DNA of 64,000 bases from Clostridiales bacterium (GTDB lineage Bacteria > Bacillota > Clostridia > Lachnospirales > JAQSXR01), in NCBI GenBank assembly GCA_029256575.1, contig JAQSXR010000015.1:19614-83613 (forward strand), in the 5' to 3' direction. A model generated the notes under the pieces. The model searched no databases, had not been told where the DNA came from, and was given only the letters and a program-made list of their open reading frames with translations. The position numbers and the translations under genes are program-made. Of this stretch, positions 1-8,716 are shown piece after piece. Numbering within the stretch: position 1 is the stretch's first letter; the number at the start of each line of letters is the position of its first letter.

Positions 1-1403
1 TATCCTCTATTATTAAATAATCTAGAAAGCTCTCTTGCCTCTTCTTTTCTACTGCAAAATACTAATCCCCTTACTCTATTTCCACTGTACCCATAAAAAT
101 TAATTTTTTCAATTATATAGTCAACACGAATATCAGATACAAGTTTTGAGAATTCTGTTGTATCATCAATAATTACCCCATTTACTGTAAGCTCTGTAAT
201 TCCAAAATAGTGAAATGGGCACAATAAATCATTTTCCATTGCCTGTTGCAATCGAATCTCATAAGCAATGTTATGATCAAATAGTTTATAAATGTTAATC
301 CCATCAGTTCTCTCAGGTGTTGCTGTCATACCAAGTAAAAACTTAGGTTTAAAATAATCCAATATTTTTATGTAGCTACTCGCACCGGCCTTGTGTGTTT
401 CATCTATTATTATGTAATCAAAATAATCTGGAGAAAATTCACTGTATACGCTCTCTTTTGACATCATTTGAACAGTAGAAAATAAGTAGTCTGTATCTAT
501 TTCTTTCATACTTCCTGATAACAAGCCCATTGAAATGTTTTCACCCAGAACATCTTTAAAACTTGCTATTGCCTGTTTCAGTATCTGTTCACGGTGAACC
601 AAGAACAAAAGTTTCTTTGGCTTAACATTACGAACATCAAAAGCAGATAAATAAGTCTTACCTGTACCGGTTGCACTAATTATCAAAGCTTTATTCTTAC
701 TTTCACCTCTTAATTTATCCAAAGCCCTTGTAGCAGATATTTGCATTTTGTTTGGCTTTAGTATATATGACTTCATACTAATTAATTTCTGCTTGTCCCT
801 TACTTTTTTGCTCTCCATATACAGCTGTTCATACTTTATTAGCCATTCTTCATTGAGTTCATCCGCTCGATTCCACATTGACTCAAATTCATTCAGAGTT
901 TCTTTAATCAATTCACCCTTTTCCAAAGAGGTAACCTTTAGACTCCACTCTTTATTGGACTTCAACGCTTGTTGTGTCATATTTGAACTGCCTACTACAA
1001 AGGTATACTTTTCTTCATTCTTGAACATATATCCTTTTGTATGAAAATTCTCCTTTGTAAATACACGCACCTCTAAATTAGCGAAACCTAGTAACTCTCG
1101 TAATGCACGTGGTTCACTAAATAGTTGATAATCAGTTGTTAATATTTTTCCATGTATGCCTTTTTCACGTAATTCTTTTAAAGTTTCTTTTAATACAATC
1201 AATCCGCCTCTTGTAATAAAAGCAACCGAAAACCAAAATGTCTTACAGTCTTGTAATTCATTTTGGATATTTGCAAGGACAGTATTGCCTTTATGGTAAT
1301 CATTGTAAAGTAATTTTGGGCGTAGTTCTTCAGCTGATTCATAACTACTATCGACTAAACTTGTTCTTACTGACTCAAGTATCTTTTTTGTTAAATTATT
1401 CAT
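1..1403 (-). CDS. PLD nuclease + SF2 (DEAD/DEAH) helicase, SauUSI-like putative Type IV restriction enzyme; 3' end runs off the window
   Basis: Not in ORF track. Manual translation from ATG at 1403: MNNLTKKILES...FWFSVAFIT...FHTKGY...VVGSSNMT (PLD HxK...GSxN), ATGTGKT (Walker A), VHREQIL, IIDETH (Walker B), GMTATPERTDG. Frame is open to base 1. Confidence 0.85.
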   Translation of the reverse strand, partial: MNNLTKKILESVRTSLVDSSYESAEELRPKLLYNDYHKGNTVLANIQNELQDCKTFWFSVAFITRGGLIVLKETLKELREKGIHGKILTTDYQLFSEPRALRELLGFANLEVRVFTKENFHTKGYMFKNEEKYTFVVGSSNMTQQALKSNKEWSLKVTSLEKGELIKETLNEFESMWNRADELNEEWLIKYEQLYMESKKVRDKQKLISMKSYILKPNKMQISATRALDKLRGESKNKALIISATGTGKTYLSAFDVRNVKPKKLLFLVHREQILKQAIASFKDVLGENISMGLLSGSMKEIDTDYLFSTVQMMSKESVYSEFSPDYFDYIIIDETHKAGASSYIKILDYFKPKFLLGMTATPERTDGINIYKLFDHNIAYEIRLQQAMENDLLCPFHYFGITELTVNGVIIDDTTEFSKLVSDIRVDYIIEKINFYGYSGNRVRGLVFCSRKEEARELSRLFNNRG

Positions 1404-1835
1404 TTTATCCCCTTTCATCGAATCATTTCTTTAGTAATTTATATAATTATTTACTTCATTAATCATCCCTATAATCATAAGCATTTGAATTCCCTTTGTT
1501 CAATAAAACTCTCTCCCGAATCTAATATTTAACTTACTTAATTTACTTAACCTCTTGTTTTGCATCAACACAACATCATTCTAGGATTTAGTGATTAAAT
1601 ATAAATCTAAAACCCCCGAATAAGCCACTGATCAATCTGTAATATTTCATTACAAATTCCCAATAACCTACCGAGGGTAATTTTACAAGAATATTTATTT
1701 AATATAAAATTATAGTTTTTACTTAGAAGTCATAATACACAAGATGCCAATACTCTCCCCAATTTGTTACCTATTAATCTCTCTAAGGAAATTATATAAC
1801 AAATATATCCATGCTACAAGCATAATATAATAAAA

Positions 1836-1972
1836 CAGGACTATTTTCTACATTATTCTTATTCAAGCATTGTGCAGATTATCCAAATAATCGTGCTCTT
1901 TTTAACTATGATTTTTCATCACTTTATAATTCAATACTCGCAAAAGATATGCAAAAAAGAACCTCATACTTA
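1836..1972 (+). repeat. Left part of a decayed duplicate of the promoter and first codons of the YbhB/YbcL lipoprotein gene (matches ~8979-9141)
   Basis: Near-identical sequence: cattgtgcagattatccaa...tttaactatgatttttcatcactttataat...caatactcgcaaaaga...atgcaaaaaagaacctcatactta. The RBS segment of the intact copy is missing here. Confidence 0.9.
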
Positions 1973-2024
1973 GGGCTGTGTTCATAGGGATACTTTCTGA
2001 ACCTACCTAATGAATGGTGGCATT

Positions 2025-2057
2025 AAGCGGACAGTTAATGCTGTCCGCTTTTGTTTT
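2025..2057. terminator. Intrinsic terminator-like hairpin downstream of the recombinase remnant
   Basis: aagcggacag-ttaatg-ctgtccgctt followed by ttgtttt. Confidence 0.7.
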
Positions 2058-2123
2058 GCCTAAATTACAAGCCTTAGCTCTCCGCTACCATCGGCAACGA
2101 ATTCATAATCAGGTTCTGAAATA

Positions 2124-3150
2124 TCATTCCTTAGTGACATCATCAAGAATTTCGATGTCGTGATAGTAAATCCAGACGCATTGTTCAGCTGTCCTTGAAT
2201 ATCTTTCAGCCTTTTCACCCACAACAATCCTGTCTATAAAAAGGTGTAATAGTTCTGACGTCACTTCTGTGATATCTGTATACCGTTTCGCTTTTTCAAT
2301 AAACAGTTCTACATTCGTGAGGGAGTTTTTCATCTTTTCCATTTTTTCTTCTGCTTTTGGTATGTTTATTCTCAGAATTTTTTGTTCATCCGTATACTCT
2401 GAAGACAACATCCGAAGGTGTTCATCTGGAATTCTTCCAAGGACATTATCCTCGTAAAGTCTTTTGAATAAGATTGTAAGCTCTGAGTCTCTGCGTTTCA
2501 TATTATCCAATTCACGCTGAAGTCTTGTGAGCTCTTTTCTTGTTTCAAATGAATTTCGTTGATTGATATGTTCTGCAAATAATTTTTCTTGCTGTCTAGC
2601 AAAATGCGTCACACGTTTTAAATCATCAAGAATGATCGCTGTTAGCTGACTTTCCCTTGTATAATGGGAGTACATTCTTCTTTGCCACGCTTTTTATAGG
2701 TGGAGCACATGAAGTTGTTTTAGTGTATTCCATCGTATGAGCTCGATGTTGCACTAAAGTACCACCGCAATCTTCACAAAATACCAGTCCAGAGAACATA
2801 TTTGGCGTATCCATTTTCTTTGGTGGACGCTTTTTATGCTTTCGAATGCTTTGAACAATATCCCACAGTTCCTGAGTAATTAAAGGTTCATGGGTATTTT
2901 TAAAGACTAGCCATTCGGATTCAGGTCTTACAATCTGCCTTTTGATTTTGTAAGAAACAGTCGTGTGCTTCATATTTACGGCATGCACAATATAGGTGAT
3001 ATCTTCTAAAATATTTGAGATGCTATTACCATTCCAATTATAAGGTCTTGTAGTATCAAGATTTGTAAGGGCAACACCTGTTTGCTTATAATAGTAATTG
3101 GACGGTGTGATGATCTGATCTTCTTTTAATTTCCTTGCAATTTGTTTTGG
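2124..3150 (-). pseudogene. Large serine recombinase (TnpX/TndX-like: recombinase, zinc-ribbon and DUF4368 parts); N-terminal catalytic domain missing, two frameshifts
   Basis: Frame from 3150 reads PKQIARKLKEDQIITPSNYY...WNGNSISNILED...NTHEPLITQELWDIVQ...FSGLVFCEDCG. A short third-frame segment NNFMCSTYKKRGKEECT joins it to the LYEDNVLGRI...LFIDRIVVGE C-terminus. An in-frame stop lies at 3160-3162, with no catalytic domain upstream. Confidence 0.88.
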
Positions 3151-3257
3151 AATACGGTACTACACACAATACCGTAAGCGTTGCCACAAAGCTACTGAAA
3201 TCAAGCCTTTTTCAAAGTTCTTCAAGGGTATTATCAATTCCAAATTAGAAAAAAGTA

Positions 3258-3572
3258 CCTCTACTTATTTCCACGATGAAACGTGTGGTTGGACGAGAAA
3301 TAATTTTTTCCCTCACTACTAAAAGGAAAAATTCGGCTACCCTACAAAATTTTATTCTCATATACTTTCACGACGGTAGTTGTACGGAATGAATTTTGCT
3401 CTTACTTACTTCCACGATGAAATGGGTAGTCTACAAAAAAATCTTAATGATATTACACCGTAAAAAATAATATTGAGAACAAGAAAATTTATGCCCTCAC
3501 TTATTTCAACGATGGGAAGTCCTATTGTGCGGAAAATTTGCAACAAAAAAGATGCCCTCATAAACTTTCACG
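3258..3572 (+). repeat. Array of five clear plus one partial degenerate ~20-bp direct repeats, consensus CYCTCAYWWAYTTYMACGATG
   Basis: Copies at 3258 (cctctacttatttccacgatgaaa), 3310 (partial ccctcact), 3356 (tctcatatactttcacgacgg), 3399 (ctcttacttacttccacgatgaaa), 3491 (atgccctcacttatttcaacgatg) and 3552 (atgccctcataaactttcacg). Confidence 0.75.
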
Positions 3573-3620
3573 TTTAGAAGATCAACTACACACCTAAAAC
3601 TATTCAAAGACAATTAAATC

Positions 3621-3653
3621 TGATATAATTATTTTGTGCTATTAAAAGGAGGT
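3621..3653 (+). promoter_or_regulatory. Extended -10 promoter element and RBS for the RM operon
   Basis: TGATATAAT at 3621-3629; AAGGAGG at ~3647-3653 before ATG 3662. Confidence 0.55.
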
Positions 3654-3661
3654 TTTTTCTT

Positions 3662-3862
3662 ATGAGCGAAAAGAACGATATAAATGAACCTTGGGTAGGA
3701 ACAAAAGAGATAGCCGAACATTTAGGGGTTACAAAGAATACTGTTCACAAATGGATAAAAGCTGGATCTATACCATGCAGCAGAGTCGGAAAGTTGTGGA
3801 AGTTTAAGAAATCAGAAATTGACGCTTGGGTAAAATCTGGCGGAGCTGTGGAGGAAAAATAA
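3662..3862 (+). CDS. HTH_17 / excisionase-like DNA-binding protein, probable regulator of the RM operon
   Basis: WVGTKEIAEHLGVTKNTVHKWI...IPCSRVGKLWKFKKSEIDAWV pattern; strong RBS; 1 nt before the next gene. Confidence 0.88.
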   Translation: MSEKNDINEPWVGTKEIAEHLGVTKNTVHKWIKAGSIPCSRVGKLWKFKKSEIDAWVKSGGAVEEK

Positions 3863-3863
3863 T

Positions 3864-5681
3864 ATGGAAATGACTTATTTACAAAGAGCAATCAAAGATG
3901 GGTATGCTTTTATCTCAGGTGAAGATAAGACTGCAAAAATCACCTATGTTTCCTCTGACAATTTTAGTGCAAAATGGGGAAATCCAGAAGAAAACGTGCG
4001 TTCAGAATTTTGGGCAGAGCTTATTTATAAATATGATTATCCAGCTACACGAATAAGGCTTGAGGTAGTTATTCCCGATAGATTACCCACAGATAGAGCC
4101 GACATCGTTATATTCCGTGATGAAGAATGCAAGCGTCCTTATGCCATTGTTGAGTGTAAAAAAGACGGTATAACTGATGCAGAGTTTAACCAAGCAATTG
4201 AGCAAGGTGTAGGAAATGCTACATGGATTAAGTCACGTGCCGACTATGTAGTAACTATAGCAGGTGCAACACGCAGAGTATTGGATGTAACCGATACATA
4301 TGGAATATATGAGCGTGAAACCAATATTGTGGCTGACCTACCAAAAGCCTATGGCAAACCACAAGAATACCGTTTTTATAAAGGTGATAAGGATAATGAT
4401 ATTAAAATTATCTCCAGAGATGACTTAATAACAACGATTAAAAAATGCCATCAAACCCTTTGGGGTGGCGGAAGACTTTCACCACCTACTGCCTTTGGTG
4501 AACTATGCAAACTGATATTTGTTAAGATTAGCGATGAGCAAAAACCACGAAGAAATGGTGAGCCTTATGAGTTCCAAATAAAAACCCATGAGCCATCAAG
4601 CAAACTGGCAGAACGCATCAACAAGCTTTATGATGAGCAAAAGGTAAAAGATCCAGAAATTTTTACTGAAAGCATTAAGGTAGATGACAGAGTTTTAAGA
4701 ACAGTAGTTTCTCACTTGGAGAGTATAAACCTAAATAAAACAGATCTTGATGTTAAAGGTGTTGCCTTTGAGAAGTTTATGGATAGCTTTTTCAAGGGCG
4801 ATTTTGGTCAGTACTTTACACCACGACCAATTATTGAATTTGCAGTTAAAATGATGAAACCTAAACATGATGATTATGTGCTCGATACTTCTTGCGGTAG
4901 TGGCGGTTTCTTACTTCATGCTCTTGATTATATTAGACACGAAGCAAATGATTATCACATTAAAGGAACTCCGGAACACTATAAACACTGGCATGATTTT
5001 GCGGAAAAATATCTATTTGGAATTGAAATAAATGACGAAATTGCACGTGTTGCTAAAATGAATATGATTGTCCATGATGATGGGCACACCAATGTTATCA
5101 GCCATGATGCACTAGAAAGCATTGATAAAATGTACGAACACAATAGAGGTTTTAAGAAAGAGCATTTTGATTTAATTCTGACAAATCCACCATTTGGTTC
5201 ACAGATAAATCTTGCTGAGAAGCCTTATTTATCCACGTATCAATTGGGTAATAATTATGATGCAAAAGGCAAGGCAAAAGCACGTAAAAACCAAAAAACA
5301 GAAATTCTTTTCTTGGAGCGTATTTGGGAGTTTTTGAAATATGGAACAGGCAAAGCTGCTGTGGTTCTCCCTGATGGAATTTTAACCAATAGCTCTCTAC
5401 AATATGTGCGTGGCTATATCATGGAGAAATTTCAATTATTGGCTGTTGTCAGCTTTCCGCAAACTGCTTTTGCACACTTTGGTGCAGGTGTTAAGTCCTC
5501 TATCATCTTCTTGCGAAAGCGTGGCAAAGATGAATTAATGAGTAATGACGAAGTTATTTTTATGGCAGCACCAGAACTCATTGGGTATGACGCAACAGGA
5601 AGAGAAACAGAAAACCAATTTGATGAGGTTGTGAAACAATACGAAGCTTTTTTAGAAGATGCTACCCCTTTTTTTGTCTAA
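3864..5681 (+). CDS. Fused restriction endonuclease (HSDR_N-type PD-(D/E)xK) and N6-adenine DNA methyltransferase, Type IIB/IIG-like RM subunit
   Basis: N-terminal PEENVR...RADIVIF...IVECKK nuclease motif; GQYFTPRP, LDTSCGSGGFL (motif I), GIEIN and TNPPF (motif IV); no helicase domain. Confidence 0.92.
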   Translation: MEMTYLQRAIKDGYAFISGEDKTAKITYVSSDNFSAKWGNPEENVRSEFWAELIYKYDYPATRIRLEVVIPDRLPTDRADIVIFRDEECKRPYAIVECKKDGITDAEFNQAIEQGVGNATWIKSRADYVVTIAGATRRVLDVTDTYGIYERETNIVADLPKAYGKPQEYRFYKGDKDNDIKIISRDDLITTIKKCHQTLWGGGRLSPPTAFGELCKLIFVKISDEQKPRRNGEPYEFQIKTHEPSSKLAERINKLYDEQKVKDPEIFTESIKVDDRVLRTVVSHLESINLNKTDLDVKGVAFEKFMDSFFKGDFGQYFTPRPIIEFAVKMMKPKHDDYVLDTSCGSGGFLLHALDYIRHEANDYHIKGTPEHYKHWHDFAEKYLFGIEINDEIARVAKMNMIVHDDGHTNVISHDALESIDKMYEHNRGFKKEHFDLILTNPPFGSQINLAEKPYLSTYQLGNNYDAKGKAKARKNQKTEILFLERIWEFLKYGTGKAAVVLPDGILTNSSLQYVRGYIMEKFQLLAVVSFPQTAFAHFGAGVKSSIIFLRKRGKDELMSNDEVIFMAAPELIGYDATGRETENQFDEVVKQYEAFLEDATPFFV

Positions 5682-5726
5682 CCCCCAACTCGCAGGAGCT
5701 TCAAATTTTTACGGTGAAATTGGGGG
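5666..5726 (+). promoter_or_regulatory. Candidate programmed -1 ribosomal frameshift signal joining the RM and S frames
   Basis: Slippery C_CCT_TTT and T_TTT_TTT in the RM frame (5666-5675). The -1 frame is open from 5627 into the S ORF. Stem CCCCCAA (5682-5688)/TTGGGGG (5720-5726) starts 6 nt downstream. Confidence 0.6.
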
Positions 5727-7060
5727 AAATACAAAGCAGACTTGATGTTAATTACAATTTACCAGAATATCAATTCTTAGAGAGAGAATTGCGCAGTAAA
5801 TTTAATAATATCAAAACTATTAGTGATTATTCTGATGTTGTTTGTGGACCATTTGGAAGTTCTATTACTGATAAGGACTATTGTGATGAAGGTGTCCCGT
5901 TATTAAGAATAACAAATATTACTCGTGAAGGTAAACTTGACTTCGTAGACCTAAAATACATAAGTGAAGAATTATCAAATAAACTATCAAGCACACAGGT
6001 TTTTAACGGGGATATCGTTATTTCTCAAAGGGGAACATTAGGGCAATGTGCGATTGTAGACGATGCATTCAATGTTTACAATATTTCTGCAAACTTAATC
6101 GCAGTGAAAAATATCAAAAATATGTCTGCAAAATATATTAGAAATTATGTGCTTTCATCAATTGGCATTAAATTTTTAGAACGAGCCCAAAGCGGACAGG
6201 TTCAAGGCAAAATAACAACTACGGATATTTCATCAATGCCTATTCCAAAGATTGAAAATGAAGAATTATTAAATTCGATAATGGAAAAAGGGTTTTTGAC
6301 TTATCAAAATAAAATCACACAAGCTGAAGAATTACTAAAAGGTATGGACTTGTATGTACTGTCTACATTAGGTCTTGAAATTCCTGATTATACGCAAAGG
6401 CTTTGTAATGCAGTAAAGCTCAGGACGGTAAAAACTGACAACACATTAAACGCAGATTTCTATCATCCAGAACGAATTGGAATAATCAGAATGATGGAAC
6501 AAAACACGCATATAAAGACAAAAAGGTTGGTTGACACAGTAGATTTCTGCCGTGATATCGTATCCGCTAATAATGAAAATCTTCGGTATATAGGTCTTGC
6601 AAGCGTTCAAAGTCATACGGGAGAATTATTAAATATAGAGGAAGAAGCAAGTGGCCAAGCATTTGCATTTTTAAAAAATGACGTATTGTATGGCAGATTG
6701 AGACCATATCTCAATAAAGTATTTGTAGCGGAAGAGAATGGTGTTTGTTCAACGGAGTTTCATGTAATGAGAATGAAAACTGAAGATATACTACCCAATT
6801 ATTTATCAGTAATCATGCGAACTCTTATTATTCTTGGACAAACACGACACATGATGACGGGTAACACACATCCTCGTATAGCAAACGCAGAAGTAGAAAA
6901 TTTGCATATTCCTATTCCAAGCAAAGAGATACAACAACAGATAGCGGATGAAGCTATTCGCCGACGAACTATTGCAAGGAAGTTAAAGGAAGAGGCTGAA
7001 ATTGACTGGAAAACGGCAAAAGAACAGTTTGAGAAAGAGTTATTTGGGGGTGATAAATAA
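5714..7060 (+). CDS. HsdS-like specificity subunit with two target recognition domains; true start uncertain, frame open from 5627
   Basis: TRD1 GPFGSSI...GVPLLRITNI...GDIVISQRGTLG; TRD2 NDVLYGRLRPYLNKV...STEF; conserved IPIPSKEIQQQIA spacer helix. Confidence 0.9.
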   Translation: MKLGEIQSRLDVNYNLPEYQFLERELRSKFNNIKTISDYSDVVCGPFGSSITDKDYCDEGVPLLRITNITREGKLDFVDLKYISEELSNKLSSTQVFNGDIVISQRGTLGQCAIVDDAFNVYNISANLIAVKNIKNMSAKYIRNYVLSSIGIKFLERAQSGQVQGKITTTDISSMPIPKIENEELLNSIMEKGFLTYQNKITQAEELLKGMDLYVLSTLGLEIPDYTQRLCNAVKLRTVKTDNTLNADFYHPERIGIIRMMEQNTHIKTKRLVDTVDFCRDIVSANNENLRYIGLASVQSHTGELLNIEEEASGQAFAFLKNDVLYGRLRPYLNKVFVAEENGVCSTEFHVMRMKTEDILPNYLSVIMRTLIILGQTRHMMTGNTHPRIANAEVENLHIPIPSKEIQQQIADEAIRRRTIARKLKEEAEIDWKTAKEQFEKELFGGDK

Positions 7061-8511
7061 TGAAACTGAGTGGAATTGTTGATTATACAATGGGTAATTT
7101 TCTATGTTTAAGGGGTTATGCATCATTTAAAGACTTGTCTCGCATTTCCCAGCCAAACCCTGATTATCAACGCCCCTTAATAGATAATCATAAAGGGGAC
7201 ATGGCACGTTTTTTAAATCAAGGAGAATATCTTTTTTTCCCAGAAGTGATTTTATCATTATCCTTAGCAACAAATGGTAATTACGATGAAATTAGAAATA
7301 TACAAACCATCATTTCAGCAGGTGATACTTGGAATGGGTCTTTAGGTGATTTTAAGATTGATATGTCTAAAAACGAAACTAAGTCGCATAGTGGTGGAGT
7401 TAATAGAGTACGGCTTGGTCACATTACGTTTGACGAATCTAAAATAAAGCTTAATAGAATTGATGGAAATCACCGAATGAGTGCTGCTGATGAAACAATC
7501 AGTGACTTCAAAACCCCCTTTTGTATTTTGCTATTTGCAAACGAACAGGAGAATGAAAAATTTTCTCGAGCAATATTTCACAACGTGAACGCAAAACAAA
7601 TTCCGTTAAAGTTAGAAGAAAACTTGAAAGTTATTTTAGATAACGATCTTGTTTATTCCGATACTTCACTGACTAGCTCATTTGGTTATAATTACTATTT
7701 GGCACGGAAAACATTAAAAAGTATAGATTTGGCATATTTCGCCAATTTCAACACCTACATAGGAACTTCGAAATACACTTTTTTTGTGGCATTATTTGAA
7801 TACCTCATTAGTAACAATAGCATTCCAAATACTGATGAATCAATTGAAATAATTAAAGGACAACTTGTAGATATAGAAACTGCTCTTGCTGAATCACAAG
7901 TTGTTGCAACAACTACCAATATTGCTATTATAGGTGCACTGGCTTATTACAAATTGACTAATCAGCTAAAATACCGTGGTTTTATGTCTTGGATTAAGAA
8001 AAATAACCTTGGAAATGTTCAAATGTTGCATATAGGTGATGTAATAAAACTCTATGATGAAATAGCTGCACATACTCCTAAAAGAGCTTTCTTGGCAAGG
8101 TGGTACCCATCAGAAACAGATTCAGCATATACTAAGTCAAAGCATCGAATAGATGCGATGAAACAGGTGGCTGATGAACTCAATCTTGATTTGACGGATC
8201 TTGGAACAAAAGATACAGGTGCATTTGATATCAGAGAAGTTATGTATCACGATATACGTGAATGTGATGTATTTATTGCAGACTTAACGGGGGCGCGCCA
8301 CAATGTAATGATTGAAGTTGGATATGCTTTAAAGCATATCGGAACTGGACGAATGGTATTCTATTTTCAAGAAACTGAAAATTGCAAAGCTGTTCCATTT
8401 GATATCAGTCATCTAGCGTACGACCTTATTGTTGATTCAGCAGAGATAAAGAGTAAAACAAAAACAAGAATTCAAAAGGTCATTTTGCAAGCAATGAATG
8501 GAGAAATATAG
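7060..8511 (+). CDS. DGQHR (DndB/ParB-like) domain fused to a C-terminal nucleoside 2-deoxyribosyltransferase/TIR-like domain; putative defence effector
   Basis: YQRPL...FFPEVILSL...RIDGNHRM...IFHNVNAKQIPL (DGQHR family motifs). C-terminus has CDVFIADLTGARHNVMIEVGYAL...VPFDI (NDT-like). TAATG overlap with the S stop codon. Confidence 0.75.
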   Translation: MKLSGIVDYTMGNFLCLRGYASFKDLSRISQPNPDYQRPLIDNHKGDMARFLNQGEYLFFPEVILSLSLATNGNYDEIRNIQTIISAGDTWNGSLGDFKIDMSKNETKSHSGGVNRVRLGHITFDESKIKLNRIDGNHRMSAADETISDFKTPFCILLFANEQENEKFSRAIFHNVNAKQIPLKLEENLKVILDNDLVYSDTSLTSSFGYNYYLARKTLKSIDLAYFANFNTYIGTSKYTFFVALFEYLISNNSIPNTDESIEIIKGQLVDIETALAESQVVATTTNIAIIGALAYYKLTNQLKYRGFMSWIKKNNLGNVQMLHIGDVIKLYDEIAAHTPKRAFLARWYPSETDSAYTKSKHRIDAMKQVADELNLDLTDLGTKDTGAFDIREVMYHDIRECDVFIADLTGARHNVMIEVGYALKHIGTGRMVFYFQETENCKAVPFDISHLAYDLIVDSAEIKSKTKTRIQKVILQAMNGEI

Positions 8512-8623
8512 GCAATTTTAGGATTGACTTGAGTAAATCAATCTTGATATGAAAACTACAGAGTAATAAATATCTGTTATACTTTCAGATTACAGTATCA
8601 CATACTAATTCAGTTTTAAGTAA

Positions 8624-8665
8624 AAATGCACCTTAGGATAATCAATGTCCTAAGGTGCATTTCTT
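8624..8665 (+). terminator. Strong hairpin terminator closing the RM operon
   Basis: aaatgcaccttagga-taatcaatg-tcctaaggtgcattt, 15-bp perfect stem. Confidence 0.85.
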
Positions 8666-8716
8666 CGTATTCAGTTTACCTTTGACCTTCAGTTCACAAG
8701 TTGTCTTTATGACCAC

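Larger units (their letters stand above)
1973..8716. mobile_element. Degenerate integrative element of serine-recombinase type carrying an RM/defence operon
   Basis: Interrupts the duplicated lipoprotein sequence (homology stops at 1972, resumes at 8717). Ends have 25-bp imperfect inverted repeats (1978-2002 vs 8692-8716, 18/25 matches). Contains a recombinase remnant at the left end. Confidence 0.8.

Noticed and set aside
748-1462. Plus-strand ORFs 748-1044 and 1238-1462
   Set aside because: These are antisense shadows of the PLD-helicase gene. The same applies to the many 60-140 aa ORFs opposite MCPs, cheA, MATE, TCS and other long genes.
3258-3572. CRISPR array interpretation of the repeats
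   Set aside because: The repeats are too degenerate and short, spacing is irregular, there is no internal palindrome or ATTGAAA(C/N)-type end, and no cas gene is in the window.
3258-3575. Protein-coding repeat (LTYFHD-like) interpretation
   Set aside because: The copies fall in all three frames with intervening stops, and there is no start or RBS.
3864-7060. Classical Type I RM (hsdRMS)
   Set aside because: There is no HsdR helicase in the element and the nuclease domain is fused to the MTase. The helicase at 1-1403 is a PLD type on the other strand and outside the element.
7060-8511. Dnd/Ssp phosphorothioation system
   Set aside because: Only a DGQHR-like domain is present; no dndC/D/E, ssp or cysteine desulfurase genes are nearby.
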